A DNA stretch of 64,000 nucleotides from Patescibacteria group bacterium (GTDB taxonomy: Bacteria; Patescibacteriota; Patescibacteriia; CAIXNZ01). Location: the NCBI GenBank assembly GCA_041651155.1, contig JBAZJU010000001.1, positions 27,932-91,931 on the forward strand, written 5' to 3'. Position numbers and translations under genes: made by a program. The stretch's first letter is position 1, and each line of letters starts with the position of its first letter. The notes under the pieces are model-generated. The model did no database searches. It was not told the origin of the DNA and was given only the letters and a program-made list of their open reading frames with translations. Shown here one piece after another: positions 48,227-58,668 of this stretch.

Positions 48227-48583
48227 TTAACTGCCAGCATACTTGAAGTTGATTCCCCAAGCGTGTTTAGCGACGGTGACGTTGCCGTCAACCATTAATG
48301 TGCTCTGGTTGGTGAAATCCGGCAGCCAATGGTTGGTGTTTGGAAGATGAACTGCAAATTCACAGCCCGGAGTCATGTCTTTTTTGTTGATTTTGATTGT
48401 CCCCTGGCCTACGCCCATCATTTCCCATTCACTGGTTTTGCAGTCGCCATAAAGTACCCATTGATCATGTTTGTCCAGATTTATCTGGATCGTCTCGGTG
48501 GACTTTTTGTGGGCGAAGAAAAACAAGCCAGAAAGAGTCGTTACCGAAATGACAATAGCGAACACTAACACGATTTTTTTCAT
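48227..48583 (-). CDS. Array gene 6: exported orphan protein
   Basis: SD AGGAGG; N-terminal TM. Confidence 0.7.
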   Translation of the reverse strand: MKKIVLVFAIVISVTTLSGLFFFAHKKSTETIQINLDKHDQWVLYGDCKTSEWEMMGVGQGTIKINKKDMTPGCEFAVHLPNTNHWLPDFTNQSTLMVDGNVTVAKHAWGINFKYAGS

Positions 48584-48590
48584 TCTTTTT

Positions 48591-48712
48591 CCTCCTAGAA
48601 AAATTTTTACTTTTTCAAAAGGGCAAAGCCCTTTACTATCCTCGTCTCAAGATGAAATATTTTAATATTACATCCTGGGATGAGGCGGGCGATCTTTTTA
48701 GACCGCCCGCGG
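48591..48712 (-). repeat. Structured intergenic repeat, copy 1
   Basis: AAAGGGCAAAGCCCTTT, CTCGTCTCAAGA...TCCTGGGATGAG and GCGGGCGATC...GACCGCCCGC (plus-strand text). Confidence 0.9.
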
Positions 48713-48736
48713 TTTTGTTTGAATTAAGAATACAGA

Positions 48737-49498
48737 TTACTCGTTATCACCTGTTAACGCCGATCTGTATTCTATCAGAGGACAGACCTTTTCTTTCTTG
48801 GCATGAATAAATTCCGTAACCAAGTCGATTGTTTTGCTGTCTTTCCCCTGAAATAATCCGGTTATAATCACGGCTACGTACTGGATAAAGATCCAGCTAA
48901 TAATCAATAGCACTGTGGCAAAAAAGAAGTCCACTATGCCCTCATAGTAGAACCCAAAGTTTGCTATCTTTTGATTGTAGCTATGAAGGAAAGCCAGGCT
49001 CGTGATTATCACCGCTGGTATTATTGAAAATGCCAGTACTTTATTTTCGGTGCCCGAGTCTAATCCCTCGATAGTCCTTAGGTAGTATTTGTAGGTAAGG
49101 CGGAACCCTAAGAATGTTACAATCGCGAGGGTTACCGATAGAAGAAAGATCCAATTGAAATTTTTGTCCTTTTCTTCTTGTCCCGGCTGATACCACTCCC
49201 GCTCATCAGGCGTTTTTAACCGCCAGTGAGTATTTTCAACCAGATTTCCCTCAGTAGAATGATTGTAGCTTTTTTCTGCCACGAAGTATTTGTCAACGAT
49301 TTTGGGTTGAATTACTTCCTGGTTAAGCAAATAGCCAGCGCCAATCACCATAAAAATTGTTGCGATTAGAGCGGGAATCACTGCCAAGCCAAGCAGAACG
49401 TTTCTGACTAAAGTCCAGACGTATGAACATAGGTCAGTTGGTTTCTCCCTCGTCAACTTTACTATTCTGTAATGCCACGATTTTTCAGAAATTCTCAT
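48737..49498 (-). CDS. Array gene 5: multi-pass membrane orphan
   Basis: SD; 4 TM; SWHYR..., LC.YVW, K.KVCP.IEY. Confidence 0.75.
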   Translation of the reverse strand: MRISEKSWHYRIVKLTREKPTDLCSYVWTLVRNVLLGLAVIPALIATIFMVIGAGYLLNQEVIQPKIVDKYFVAEKSYNHSTEGNLVENTHWRLKTPDEREWYQPGQEEKDKNFNWIFLLSVTLAIVTFLGFRLTYKYYLRTIEGLDSGTENKVLAFSIIPAVIITSLAFLHSYNQKIANFGFYYEGIVDFFFATVLLIISWIFIQYVAVIITGLFQGKDSKTIDLVTEFIHAKKEKVCPLIEYRSALTGDNE

Positions 49499-49503
49499 TC
49501 TTT

Positions 49504-49634
49504 CCTCCTTGGAAATTTTTGTATTTACTTTTCAAAAAGGGCAAAGCCCTTTACTATCCTCGTCTCAAGACGAAATAATTTACTCGAAACTATTCCGTCC
49601 TGGGATGAGTGGGGCGATCTTTGCAGACCGCCCA
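49504..49634 (-). repeat. Structured intergenic repeat, copy 2
   Basis: 49529-49633 is identical to 51651-51755 (105 nt). Confidence 0.92.
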
Positions 49635-49648
49635 TAAGCTGGTTTTGT

Positions 49649-50227
49649 TCAGAAGTAGTAGGAGAATTTTCCGTTTTCGTTCGTGAAACCGACGGTTTTC
49701 TTGAGCAGTTTACAGCTTCCTGCGCCGTCGCAGAATTCGAGAGAATAGGGAGTGGCTATCAGGTAGCTGTATATGGGCAACTGGGGTTCGATAAGGTGCT
49801 CATTTAACCAGTAGGCCGTGGGTAAGCCAATTACAATTTCTATCGGTGGGGTATAGATTTTAAAAACCCCACCACTAAGCCTGTATGCTTCGAGATCAAG
49901 CGTCGTCTGGGTATTCCCCTTTGGATCTTTTCGGTAAAAGACGAAGAAAGCTTTGGCGGGTTGGCTGTTTGTTTCCGTGATTTCCAGGTTGCTCAGATCG
50001 TAGATCCTGTCGCTTACCTGCATCAGTTCTTTCACGACCCAATCGTTGCTTTCCTGTCTGGCCTGTTTTGCCTTGTTGAGCTGCCAGTTATAGCCGAGAT
50101 AGAGGCCGAAGGGAATGACAATCAGCGTTAAAATCAAATTGATTATAACGATTAGGCACCCACAGCCTCTTTTTTCTACGACCACGATTCTTTCCTTTTC
50201 TACCTCTTCAATTTCTTTTTCTTCCAT
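49649..50227 (-). CDS. Array gene 4: single-TM orphan
   Basis: Start moved to ATG 50227 because the upstream extension lies in the repeat; KRGCGCLIV TM. Confidence 0.7.
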   Translation of the reverse strand: MEEKEIEEVEKERIVVVEKRGCGCLIVIINLILTLIVIPFGLYLGYNWQLNKAKQARQESNDWVVKELMQVSDRIYDLSNLEITETNSQPAKAFFVFYRKDPKGNTQTTLDLEAYRLSGGVFKIYTPPIEIVIGLPTAYWLNEHLIEPQLPIYSYLIATPYSLEFCDGAGSCKLLKKTVGFTNENGKFSYYF

Positions 50228-50237
50228 TTGTACATTT

Positions 50238-50355
50238 TCCTTTTTCGTTTCTGAATTTTTGAAAGAGCAAAGCTCTTTTATTTTCCTCATCTCAAGACAA
50301 AATAATCTACACGAGACCATCCTGTCCTGAGATGAGGGGGGATCGGAAGATCCCC
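50238..50355 (-). repeat. Structured intergenic repeat, copy 3 (variant)
   Basis: AAAGAGCAAAGCTCTTT, CTCATCTCAAGACA...TGTCCTGAGATGAG and GGGGATC..GATCCCC. Confidence 0.88.
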
Positions 50356-50373
50356 TGTATGAATTTGCCGATG

Positions 50374-50826
50374 CTATTCGTTCGGCTCGAGGTTTTGATT
50401 GTACTTTTCAATCAGGTTGATGATCTCTGTGATTGTATCATCATCTTCACCCGATGTAATTGGGTAAGGCCCTGATTTAGAATCTTCTCCCGGGTCATCG
50501 TCTTCATATCTGACCCTTCCCGAAACGAAAACAATTTTGTCGTTTTCATTTTTGATTCTTACGGAGTAAAAACTCCGCATTTCAAAGTTGCCCTGTCTGG
50601 TATGGTTAAGGTGATATTGGGAAAGTTTTTTATCTTCAGAATCTCCCTCCTCAATTTCCCAACCAGTAAAAACTTGGACTTCTCGGTTTCCGATTTTTTC
50701 TACGACGTGTCTTTTCCGATGTTTTAGTACACCATCATGGCCTTCGTTGCATTGGGAAAGAGGGATTTCTCTCCCGCATCTTTTGCATCGGCCAAATGGT
50801 ACGATTTCAGTTTTATAGATTTCCAT
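50374..50826 (-). CDS. Array gene 3: CxxC orphan, paralog of gene 2
   Basis: PFG.CKRCG.EIPLS.C, EDK.LS.Y, FVSG, GP.P shared with 51030. Confidence 0.75.
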   Translation of the reverse strand: MEIYKTEIVPFGRCKRCGREIPLSQCNEGHDGVLKHRKRHVVEKIGNREVQVFTGWEIEEGDSEDKKLSQYHLNHTRQGNFEMRSFYSVRIKNENDKIVFVSGRVRYEDDDPGEDSKSGPYPITSGEDDDTITEIINLIEKYNQNLEPNE

Positions 50827-50830
50827 CTTT

Positions 50831-50979
50831 CCTCCTTTGAAATTTTTTTAAAGAGCATAGCTCTTTTTCTATCCTCGTCTCAAGACGAAATGATCTACTA
50901 GAGACCATCCCGTCCTGAGATGAGGGGGGATCGTTGGATCCCCTATGTCGCGGGCGATCTTCGTTAAGACCGCCCGCGA
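50831..50979 (-). repeat. Structured intergenic repeat, copy 4 (has both hairpin-1 variants)
   Basis: AAAGAGCATAGCTCTTT; long stem; GGGGATC..GATCCCC plus TCGCGGGCGATC..GACCGCCCGCGA. Confidence 0.88.
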
Positions 50980-51029
50980 GCTTTGTCAGCGATTGCTACA
51001 CATCGCAAAGGGTTTCTTAATTTAAAACC

Positions 51030-51620
51030 TTAAGAGTTGCGATATTTTTGAATGAACCCAAGAATCTTCGTGATGATTTTTTCACTTTCCTGTGGATGTA
51101 GAGGTAATGGGCCTGGATCAGACCGAAGCTCGATAAATTCTTCTTCCTCGTCATCAGCATCTTCACATTCATATGTGCCTGAAACGAAGATAATATCGTT
51201 ATTAACCTTTTTTACAGTGATGTAGAAGGTTTCAACTCGAAGATTTTTCACATCACAATTATGGATAATACGATATTCGGAAAGGCTTTTATCTTCAGCT
51301 TCAACATGGATATCAGAAGCATCTGATTGCATGACGCCAGCAACTAGCATCTTGAAAAGCGTGGCCAGGGTTTTTTCTTCAGAATTTACTTCCTCAATAT
51401 CCCACGTTAAGGTCGTTTCACGTTCACCTTCGATCGGCCTAACAATACATAGGTTTGATAATGTAACCATCCCCCAGGGAATAGCATGATTATGGTACAT
51501 TTGCATCCGCGGTGACTCACTTTCCAGATCTGGCCACTCTTCGCACACTGAAAGTGGAATTTCACCACACTCCTCACAGCATCCATAGGGCTCTAATATT
51601 TGTTCATGAATCCTCAACAT
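51030..51620 (-). CDS. Array gene 2: CxxC orphan with an inserted ASDIH segment
   Basis: Paralog of 50374 with a ~28 aa insert. Confidence 0.75.
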   Translation of the reverse strand: MLRIHEQILEPYGCCEECGEIPLSVCEEWPDLESESPRMQMYHNHAIPWGMVTLSNLCIVRPIEGERETTLTWDIEEVNSEEKTLATLFKMLVAGVMQSDASDIHVEAEDKSLSEYRIIHNCDVKNLRVETFYITVKKVNNDIIFVSGTYECEDADDEEEEFIELRSDPGPLPLHPQESEKIITKILGFIQKYRNS

Positions 51621-51624
51621 ATTT

Positions 51625-51758
51625 CCTCCTAGAAAATTTTTCGTATTTAATTTTCAAAAAGGGCAAAGCCCTTTACTATCCTCGTCTCAAGACGAAATAA
51701 TTTACTCGAAACTATTCCGTCCTGGGATGAGTGGGGCGATCTTTGCAGACCGCCCGCG
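51625..51758 (-). repeat. Structured intergenic repeat, copy 5
   Basis: Core identical to copy 2. Confidence 0.92.
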
Positions 51759-51772
51759 GGGTTGTTTGTGTA

Positions 51773-52138
51773 TCACCTGATTTTTGCGACGCGGTGCCAG
51801 GTGGTGATGACCTCTACATCATAAATTGGCAGATCGTCATCTCCTGGTTCGTCATCAAAAGTCGAAAGATAGCTCAGGTCAAAGACCTTTCCATAGTCGG
51901 CCTTTCTCGGTGAATATTTTTCCGGTTCCCTTCTTACAAGGATTGAGTTGGTATCGTCTATCCAGGCCAGATATTTGGCCAGACAGATAGGGCATCGCGC
52001 TTCGGCAACGAGCATTCCTTTGTATTTGTTGTCAAAGTAAACGCCGGCTTCCTTTTCGGTTATGGGTCTTGGTTCTTCTAACAGTTCCACTGGATGTTCG
52101 CAATGAACGCATGCGGTCGCACCTAAGTTTCGGCTCAT
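51773..52138 (-). CDS. Array gene 1: zinc-ribbon-like orphan
   Basis: SD AAAGGAGG; CVHC and CPIC. Confidence 0.75.
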   Translation of the reverse strand: MSRNLGATACVHCEHPVELLEEPRPITEKEAGVYFDNKYKGMLVAEARCPICLAKYLAWIDDTNSILVRREPEKYSPRKADYGKVFDLSYLSTFDDEPGDDDLPIYDVEVITTWHRVAKIR

Positions 52139-52243
52139 TTTTTTCCTCCTTTAGAAATTTTTGGTTTATTCTTAGCCTTTTGGCTGGTTTTCATTTATAT
52201 TTTTAACCCAAAATGAATTGGGTGTTGTAAAATTACTGTTTAT

Positions 52244-52272
52244 ATAATAGCATACTTTTATAAAAAAGTCAA
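52244..52272 (-). promoter_or_regulatory. Sigma70 promoter at the head of the array
   Basis: TTGACT-17-TATTAT with extended TG. Confidence 0.7.
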
Positions 52273-52513
52273 GGGTTTTGTGGGCTATTTTGTTAGAAAT
52301 TGGCCCTGAAAGGGCCCCTTTGGGGCTAAAATAAGCTATTTTTTAAAGATTTGCCTGGGAAGATAAAAAATTATTCCCCACTTTAGTGGGCTCGCCTTGG
52401 CGAAGCCAGGCCTGCTAAAGCAGGGTATAAATTATTAATACAAAAGGGTTTTTATTTGACTTTAAATGAATTTTTAGATAAAATATAATCGTTAGATAAA
52501 ATAATTTTTATTT

Positions 52514-52812
52514 ATGCTGACCCATGAAGATATACAAAAAATAATAGAAGCGCAAAGGGGAATTTTTGCTACCAAGGAAGATTCATCTAAGCTTAGTATT
52601 GAAATTGTTAATATTAAAGAAACAATGGCAACCAAGGAAGATTTTAGTAGATTAGAAGGTCAATTTAATCGCCTTGTTGATTCTATTGATAAGTATGCTA
52701 AGAAGGTGGATGACTGCTATCAAGAAATGGTGGCTAGGATAGTAAGCTTAACCGTCATGAAAGATGGTGCCAGCTTATCGCTGAAAAGCTTGATATTAAA
52801 TTAGAATATTAA
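52514..52812 (+). pseudogene. Coiled-coil hypothetical protein with an apparent 1 nt frameshift near 52738
   Basis: Repeated ATKED motif. The alternative frame from 52741 reads SKLNRHERWCQLIAEKLDIKLEY*, a more natural C-terminus. Confidence 0.55.
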
Positions 52813-52868
52813 TTTTCCAATTTTTAAAATATAGTTTTTAACGGTTGGCATTGCTGGCCGTTTTTTGT

Positions 52869-52897
52869 TTGACAAAGTTTGGCTAATTATATAAGCT
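52869..52897 (+). promoter_or_regulatory. groES promoter
   Basis: TTGACA-17-TAAGCT. Confidence 0.6.
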
Positions 52898-52921
52898 AAT
52901 TTAATAGTAAAAAGGTAATTT

Positions 52922-52948
52922 TTAGTACTTTGAACGGGGGACTGCCAA
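52922..52948 (+). promoter_or_regulatory. CIRCE-like HrcA operator
   Basis: TTAGTACTT-N9-GACTGCCAA versus consensus TTAGCACTC-N9-GAGTGCTAA, upstream of groES. Confidence 0.7.
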
Positions 52949-53166
52949 TAGGTTTAAAATATCAAAAGACAAAGCACAAATAACAAACCTTCGTTTGCCC
53001 TAGCAAACTACGGCTTGCGAAGGCAAAATAATAATAAAATATAAAATTCAAAATTTTAGTATTTGATATTTGGGTTTTGAATTTATTTTGTCCTTTGGAT
53101 TTTGATGTTTGTCATTTAATCTCATCGTAACCCACTAAAGTGGGGTATAAAATTAAATTTAAAATT

Positions 53167-53457
53167 ATGTCTATGTACAAACCCTTAAACGATCACGTCT
53201 TAATCAAGCCAATCAATGGCAATGAAGTTTCCAAGGCCGGCATTATTTTGCCTGACACGGTTGACAAAGAAAAGCCAGAAAAAGGCGAAGTTGTGGCCGT
53301 AGGTTCTGGTAAACTTTTGGAAAATGGATCTAGAGCGCCAATGTCTGTTAAAGTCGGGGATAAGGTTATTTTTAAAAAATATTCACCGGACGAACTGCCG
53401 GGGGATGAAGATTTGATGGTGATAAAGGAGGAGGATATTCTTGCGATAATTCAATAA
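53167..53457 (+). CDS. groES: Co-chaperonin GroES
   Basis: KPLNDHV, GIILPDT..KEKP..G.VVAVG.G, VKVGDKV. Confidence 0.97.
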   Translation: MSMYKPLNDHVLIKPINGNEVSKAGIILPDTVDKEKPEKGEVVAVGSGKLLENGSRAPMSVKVGDKVIFKKYSPDELPGDEDLMVIKEEDILAIIQ

Positions 53458-53478
53458 TTTTTAATTTTTAATTTTTAA

Positions 53479-55128
<1,650 letters not shown>

Positions 55129-55170
55129 ACTACAGATTACAGATTTATACAGATATACAAATATAATATA

Positions 55171-55203
55171 AAAAAAGATCGTCTGGAAATGGGCGGTCTT
55201 TTT
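55171..55203 (+). terminator. groEL terminator, family copy 1 of 3
   Basis: AAAAGATCGTCTGGAAATGGGCGGTCTTTTT. Confidence 0.75.
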
Positions 55204-55351
55204 GTTTTTTTCAAATGTTGTCTAAATTGCCGTCAGATCAAAAAATGCTTGACAATTTTTAAAATTATGTTAAGGTGTATTGTTACCCGTAAACGGGTAT
55301 TTTAATATGTAATTTGACAACTAAAACAAAGAAAAAGGAGGAAGTATAGAA

Positions 55352-55744
55352 GTGGAAAAATATGCTAACTTAAAGGAGTTTTTAAGCATCCTGATTGACT
55401 TTCTTAACAAGTTTTTCAGCGTGTTTCTGGTTGAAGGCAGTTCTCTGCAATTTCAGCAGATAGTGAAAATTTCAGCCCTGGTTATTTTGCTGGCCTTTAT
55501 CTGTTTAATTATTTTGTTCATTTACAGAATAATTGATCAGAGTTTAAAGCCATTGATTGCCAGCGTAAGCCAAAAGAGCGAGTATGTCTTATATCTTCTT
55601 TTGGCGACTTTACTTTTGTTTTTCACTTCTGCTGTCAGTTTTAAAACAGCTGCCACTGCTTTGGGCTGCTTTATTGGCATCCATTTTGTTTACAACTACT
55701 ACTTTAAAGGTGGTAATGTAAAAGTAAAACGAGAGGAGGAATAG
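55352..55744 (+). CDS. Membrane protein leading the flotillin operon
   Basis: SD; 3 hydrophobic segments. Confidence 0.65.
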   Translation: MEKYANLKEFLSILIDFLNKFFSVFLVEGSSLQFQQIVKISALVILLAFICLIILFIYRIIDQSLKPLIASVSQKSEYVLYLLLATLLLFFTSAVSFKTAATALGCFIGIHFVYNYYFKGGNVKVKREEE

Positions 55745-55745
55745 C

Positions 55746-56504
55746 ATGGAGTTAAAAGTTCTGATGTACTGGTACAACCTAATCTATGTTGTCCCGTTTT
55801 GTCTGGGTGTCATACTGCTGATTCTGCAGACCATTGGCCTGGGCGAAACCGGGCTTGACCATGACGTGGATCAAGACATTGATCACGACATTGATCATGA
55901 CATTGAGTGCGATGCTGATAGCGATGCAGATAGTGGCACTGATCATGACGCTGAACACGGGCATGATGTTGAGTCCGATCAGGACAGCTTGTTTTGGAAA
56001 GTTGCCCTGCTCATGGGTATTGGCAAAGTCCCGCTTTCCATTATTATGATGACATTCTGTTTTGTCTGGGGATTTGTCGGCTATATGCTGACAGCATTTG
56101 CTCAGACAATATTAAGAACACCGTTTCTGTTTTTCCCGCCGGTTTTTCTGGCCACGCTGATCATTGCAGTTTTTGCCACTGGTTATGTGGCCAAAGCAGT
56201 TGCCAGGATAATGCCGAAAACTTCAACCTTTACCACCACGGTAAAAGATTTAGTGGGTAAGGTCGGTGAATCATTATATCCAATTGATCAAGATCACGGC
56301 ACAATCAGAGTCACGGATCAATTCGGTAATTTGCAGCAATACGCTGCTTATACATCGGGTGGAGTTTATATCCCAGGTAATACGCAAATACTGCTGGTTA
56401 ATTGGGATGAACAGCGTGACGCTTTTTTTGTCACAGTTTTGCCGCCTGAATTGGCAGATTTGAAAAAAGAAGAAGAAAGGTTAAAAGGAGGAAAAGATGC
56501 ATAG
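55746..56504 (+). CDS. YqiJ/NfeD-like membrane protein with Asp/His-rich loop and OB-fold
   Basis: DHD repeats, G.GKVPLSI, L.G..G, D.FGN; directly upstream of flotillin. Confidence 0.8.
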   Translation: MELKVLMYWYNLIYVVPFCLGVILLILQTIGLGETGLDHDVDQDIDHDIDHDIECDADSDADSGTDHDAEHGHDVESDQDSLFWKVALLMGIGKVPLSIIMMTFCFVWGFVGYMLTAFAQTILRTPFLFFPPVFLATLIIAVFATGYVAKAVARIMPKTSTFTTTVKDLVGKVGESLYPIDQDHGTIRVTDQFGNLQQYAAYTSGGVYIPGNTQILLVNWDEQRDAFFVTVLPPELADLKKEEERLKGGKDA

Positions 56505-58404
56505 ACGTGAAGAGTATGAGGAAGAAATGCCAAGAAAAAAAGGAGGAGAAGTAAGCATGGACAGTAAGAGGAGCATAGCGTCGTTTGCCGGAGGACTGAT
56601 TTTCATTTCTCTGGCTCTAATCATCGGTCCGTTTTTTCTCAAGGTGGGCTGGACAATCCAGTTAGTGCTTGGTGTGTTCGGCATTCTGGGTTTGATCATT
56701 GGCGCCATTTTGGTGACCATTGCCAAACTCTATGTCAAAACAGCGGCTGATGTGGCTTTTTACCGCACAGGCCAAGGCAAACCCAAAGTGATTATTGACG
56801 GTGGTGCGATTGTTGTGCCGGTTATCCATGAGATTATTCAAGTATCGTTGCAAACCATGAAGCTGGAGGTTGATCGCAGCGGTCAGTTGGCATTAATTTG
56901 TAAGGATTATTTGCGAGCTGATGTAACAGCTGAATTTTACATCCGCGTGCAAAAGGACAAAGACGGCGTGACAGCTGCAGCCACCACGTTGGGCCGCGAC
57001 GCCATGACCGCTTCCACGATCAAAGATCGGTTGATGGAAAAATTGGTTTCTGCTTTGCGGACAGTGGCAGCGACCATGGATCTGAATGAACTGCATCAGG
57101 AACGCGATAAATTCGCGGCCGCAGTTCAGGAAGCTGTAACCAAAGACATTAAGCCCAACGGCTTGGTCTTGGAAACAGTAACCATTTCCCGGTTGGACAT
57201 GACTGATCCGAAAAACCTGCGGGAAGATAATGTCTTTGATTCCCAGGGCTTGAAAAAAGCCGCATCCATCGTGCAGGAACAGAAAATCCAGAGGAATAAG
57301 ATTGAAAGGGAAGCTGAACTGCAAATCACGCAGAAAGACGTTGAAACCAGGAAGAGCGTCTTGGCTCAACAGCAGGATCAGGCTTTTGCCGAGGCAGACC
57401 AAAAAGCCAAAGTCGCCAATCAGCAGGCCCTAAAGGAAAAAGATATCCAGCAGTTCAAGATTGAACAGGATCAGGCCGTACAAACGCGCCAAGTGGAAAG
57501 CGAAAAGGCAGTCCAGACTGCGCAGTTCCAGAAAGATGCAGAGCTGGTAAAACAAGCTCAAGCAGTTGCTACTGCAGAAGTAACCAAGACTCAGGCAGTT
57601 GATGTCGCCAATAGAGAGAAAGATGTTGCGATCGCTGATGCTGAAGCAAAAAGAGCGGAAGCACAAGCGAATCAGCGCATAGCCGAAGCCAAGGCTCGGG
57701 AAGCTCAGGAAAAAGTGACGACAGCTGCGACTCTGGAAATTGCCCGGCGCAACAAGGATCAAGCAGTTATTGCAGCCGAGCAGGAAGGTCAGCAAAATCT
57801 GATCAAGCAGCAAAAGATTGCTGATGCGGCTGCATACACCAAGACCAGAGAAGCAGAAGCAGATAAAACTGCGGCAGAAAATCAGGCTCAAGCCCAGATT
57901 CGTTTGGCTGATGCTGGCTTGGTTGCCAAGCAAAAAGAGGCCGAAGGAGACAGGGCCGTAAAAATCGTACCGGTTCAGGTCGCCTCTGAGCAGGTTGAAG
58001 TTGACCGCAAGTCCGTTGAGGTCCTGACTGAAAAACTCAAGGCCCAGGATACGTATCAAGAGGCAGCGATTAAGCTGGAGATCTTTAAAGCCAAAATCTC
58101 GGCCGGACAAGTGGTTGGCGTGGAAATGGCCAAGGCCTTTGCTCAATTCATGAGCAAAGGCGACTTCAACATTTTCGGCGATCCCAAAACTCTGGCTGAG
58201 ATGACCGCACTCTTTACCAAAGGGTTGGGCATCAGTCAGTTGCTCGAAGGCATGAATGATGGCAGTCCTGAGCTGGCAAAGCTGGCCGGAACCGGTATTG
58301 CCGCCGCTACCGCCGGACTGGAAGCGATTAAAACTAAGGCCGAGGAAGTCGCAGGCAAAGGAGGGAAAGGCAAGGGTAAAGAAACTCCTCCACCCGAAGC
58401 TTAA
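56497..58404 (+). CDS. Flotillin/SPFH (YqiK-like) protein
   Basis: RTG.G.PKV..DGG..V.PV.HE, SALRTVAA, NGL.LE.V.I..LD, AE-rich coiled coil. Alternative start at 56557. Confidence 0.9.
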   Translation: MHRREEYEEEMPRKKGGEVSMDSKRSIASFAGGLIFISLALIIGPFFLKVGWTIQLVLGVFGILGLIIGAILVTIAKLYVKTAADVAFYRTGQGKPKVIIDGGAIVVPVIHEIIQVSLQTMKLEVDRSGQLALICKDYLRADVTAEFYIRVQKDKDGVTAAATTLGRDAMTASTIKDRLMEKLVSALRTVAATMDLNELHQERDKFAAAVQEAVTKDIKPNGLVLETVTISRLDMTDPKNLREDNVFDSQGLKKAASIVQEQKIQRNKIEREAELQITQKDVETRKSVLAQQQDQAFAEADQKAKVANQQALKEKDIQQFKIEQDQAVQTRQVESEKAVQTAQFQKDAELVKQAQAVATAEVTKTQAVDVANREKDVAIADAEAKRAEAQANQRIAEAKAREAQEKVTTAATLEIARRNKDQAVIAAEQEGQQNLIKQQKIADAAAYTKTREAEADKTAAENQAQAQIRLADAGLVAKQKEAEGDRAVKIVPVQVASEQVEVDRKSVEVLTEKLKAQDTYQEAAIKLEIFKAKISAGQVVGVEMAKAFAQFMSKGDFNIFGDPKTLAEMTALFTKGLGISQLLEGMNDGSPELAKLAGTGIAAATAGLEAIKTKAEEVAGKGGKGKGKETPPPEA

Positions 58405-58518
58405 ATAGCAGAATTATAAAATAATTCCAAGGGACGATTAATTTCGTCCCTTTTTTGCTACGAATTTTAGGATCCTAATTTACAAATCTGCTACTAATCT
58501 ACGAATATTTCCAGTAAT

Positions 58519-58549
58519 AAAAAAATCGTCTGGTAATGGGCGGATTTTT
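58519..58549 (+). terminator. Terminator family copy 2
   Basis: AAAAATCGTCTGGTAATGGGCGGATTTTT. Confidence 0.7.
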
Positions 58550-58668
58550 CATTTTTATGGTATAATATAAAAAGTTATAGGAGCTATAAGAGCTAAAGGC
58601 GGAGATGGGGATTAAAGCATAAGAAAAGTCTTAAAAATAATTAATTTTAATTAAAGAACTTTAAAAAT

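Noticed and set aside
48591-51758. CRISPR array or canonical integron attC sites
   Set aside because: Repeats exceed 100 nt and separate whole genes. No cas or intI gene is present, and no RYYYAAC/GTTRRRY ends are visible.
55856-55985. GATCAYGACATT short repeats as a DNA repeat element
   Set aside because: They encode the Asp/His-rich loop typical of YqiJ-like proteins.
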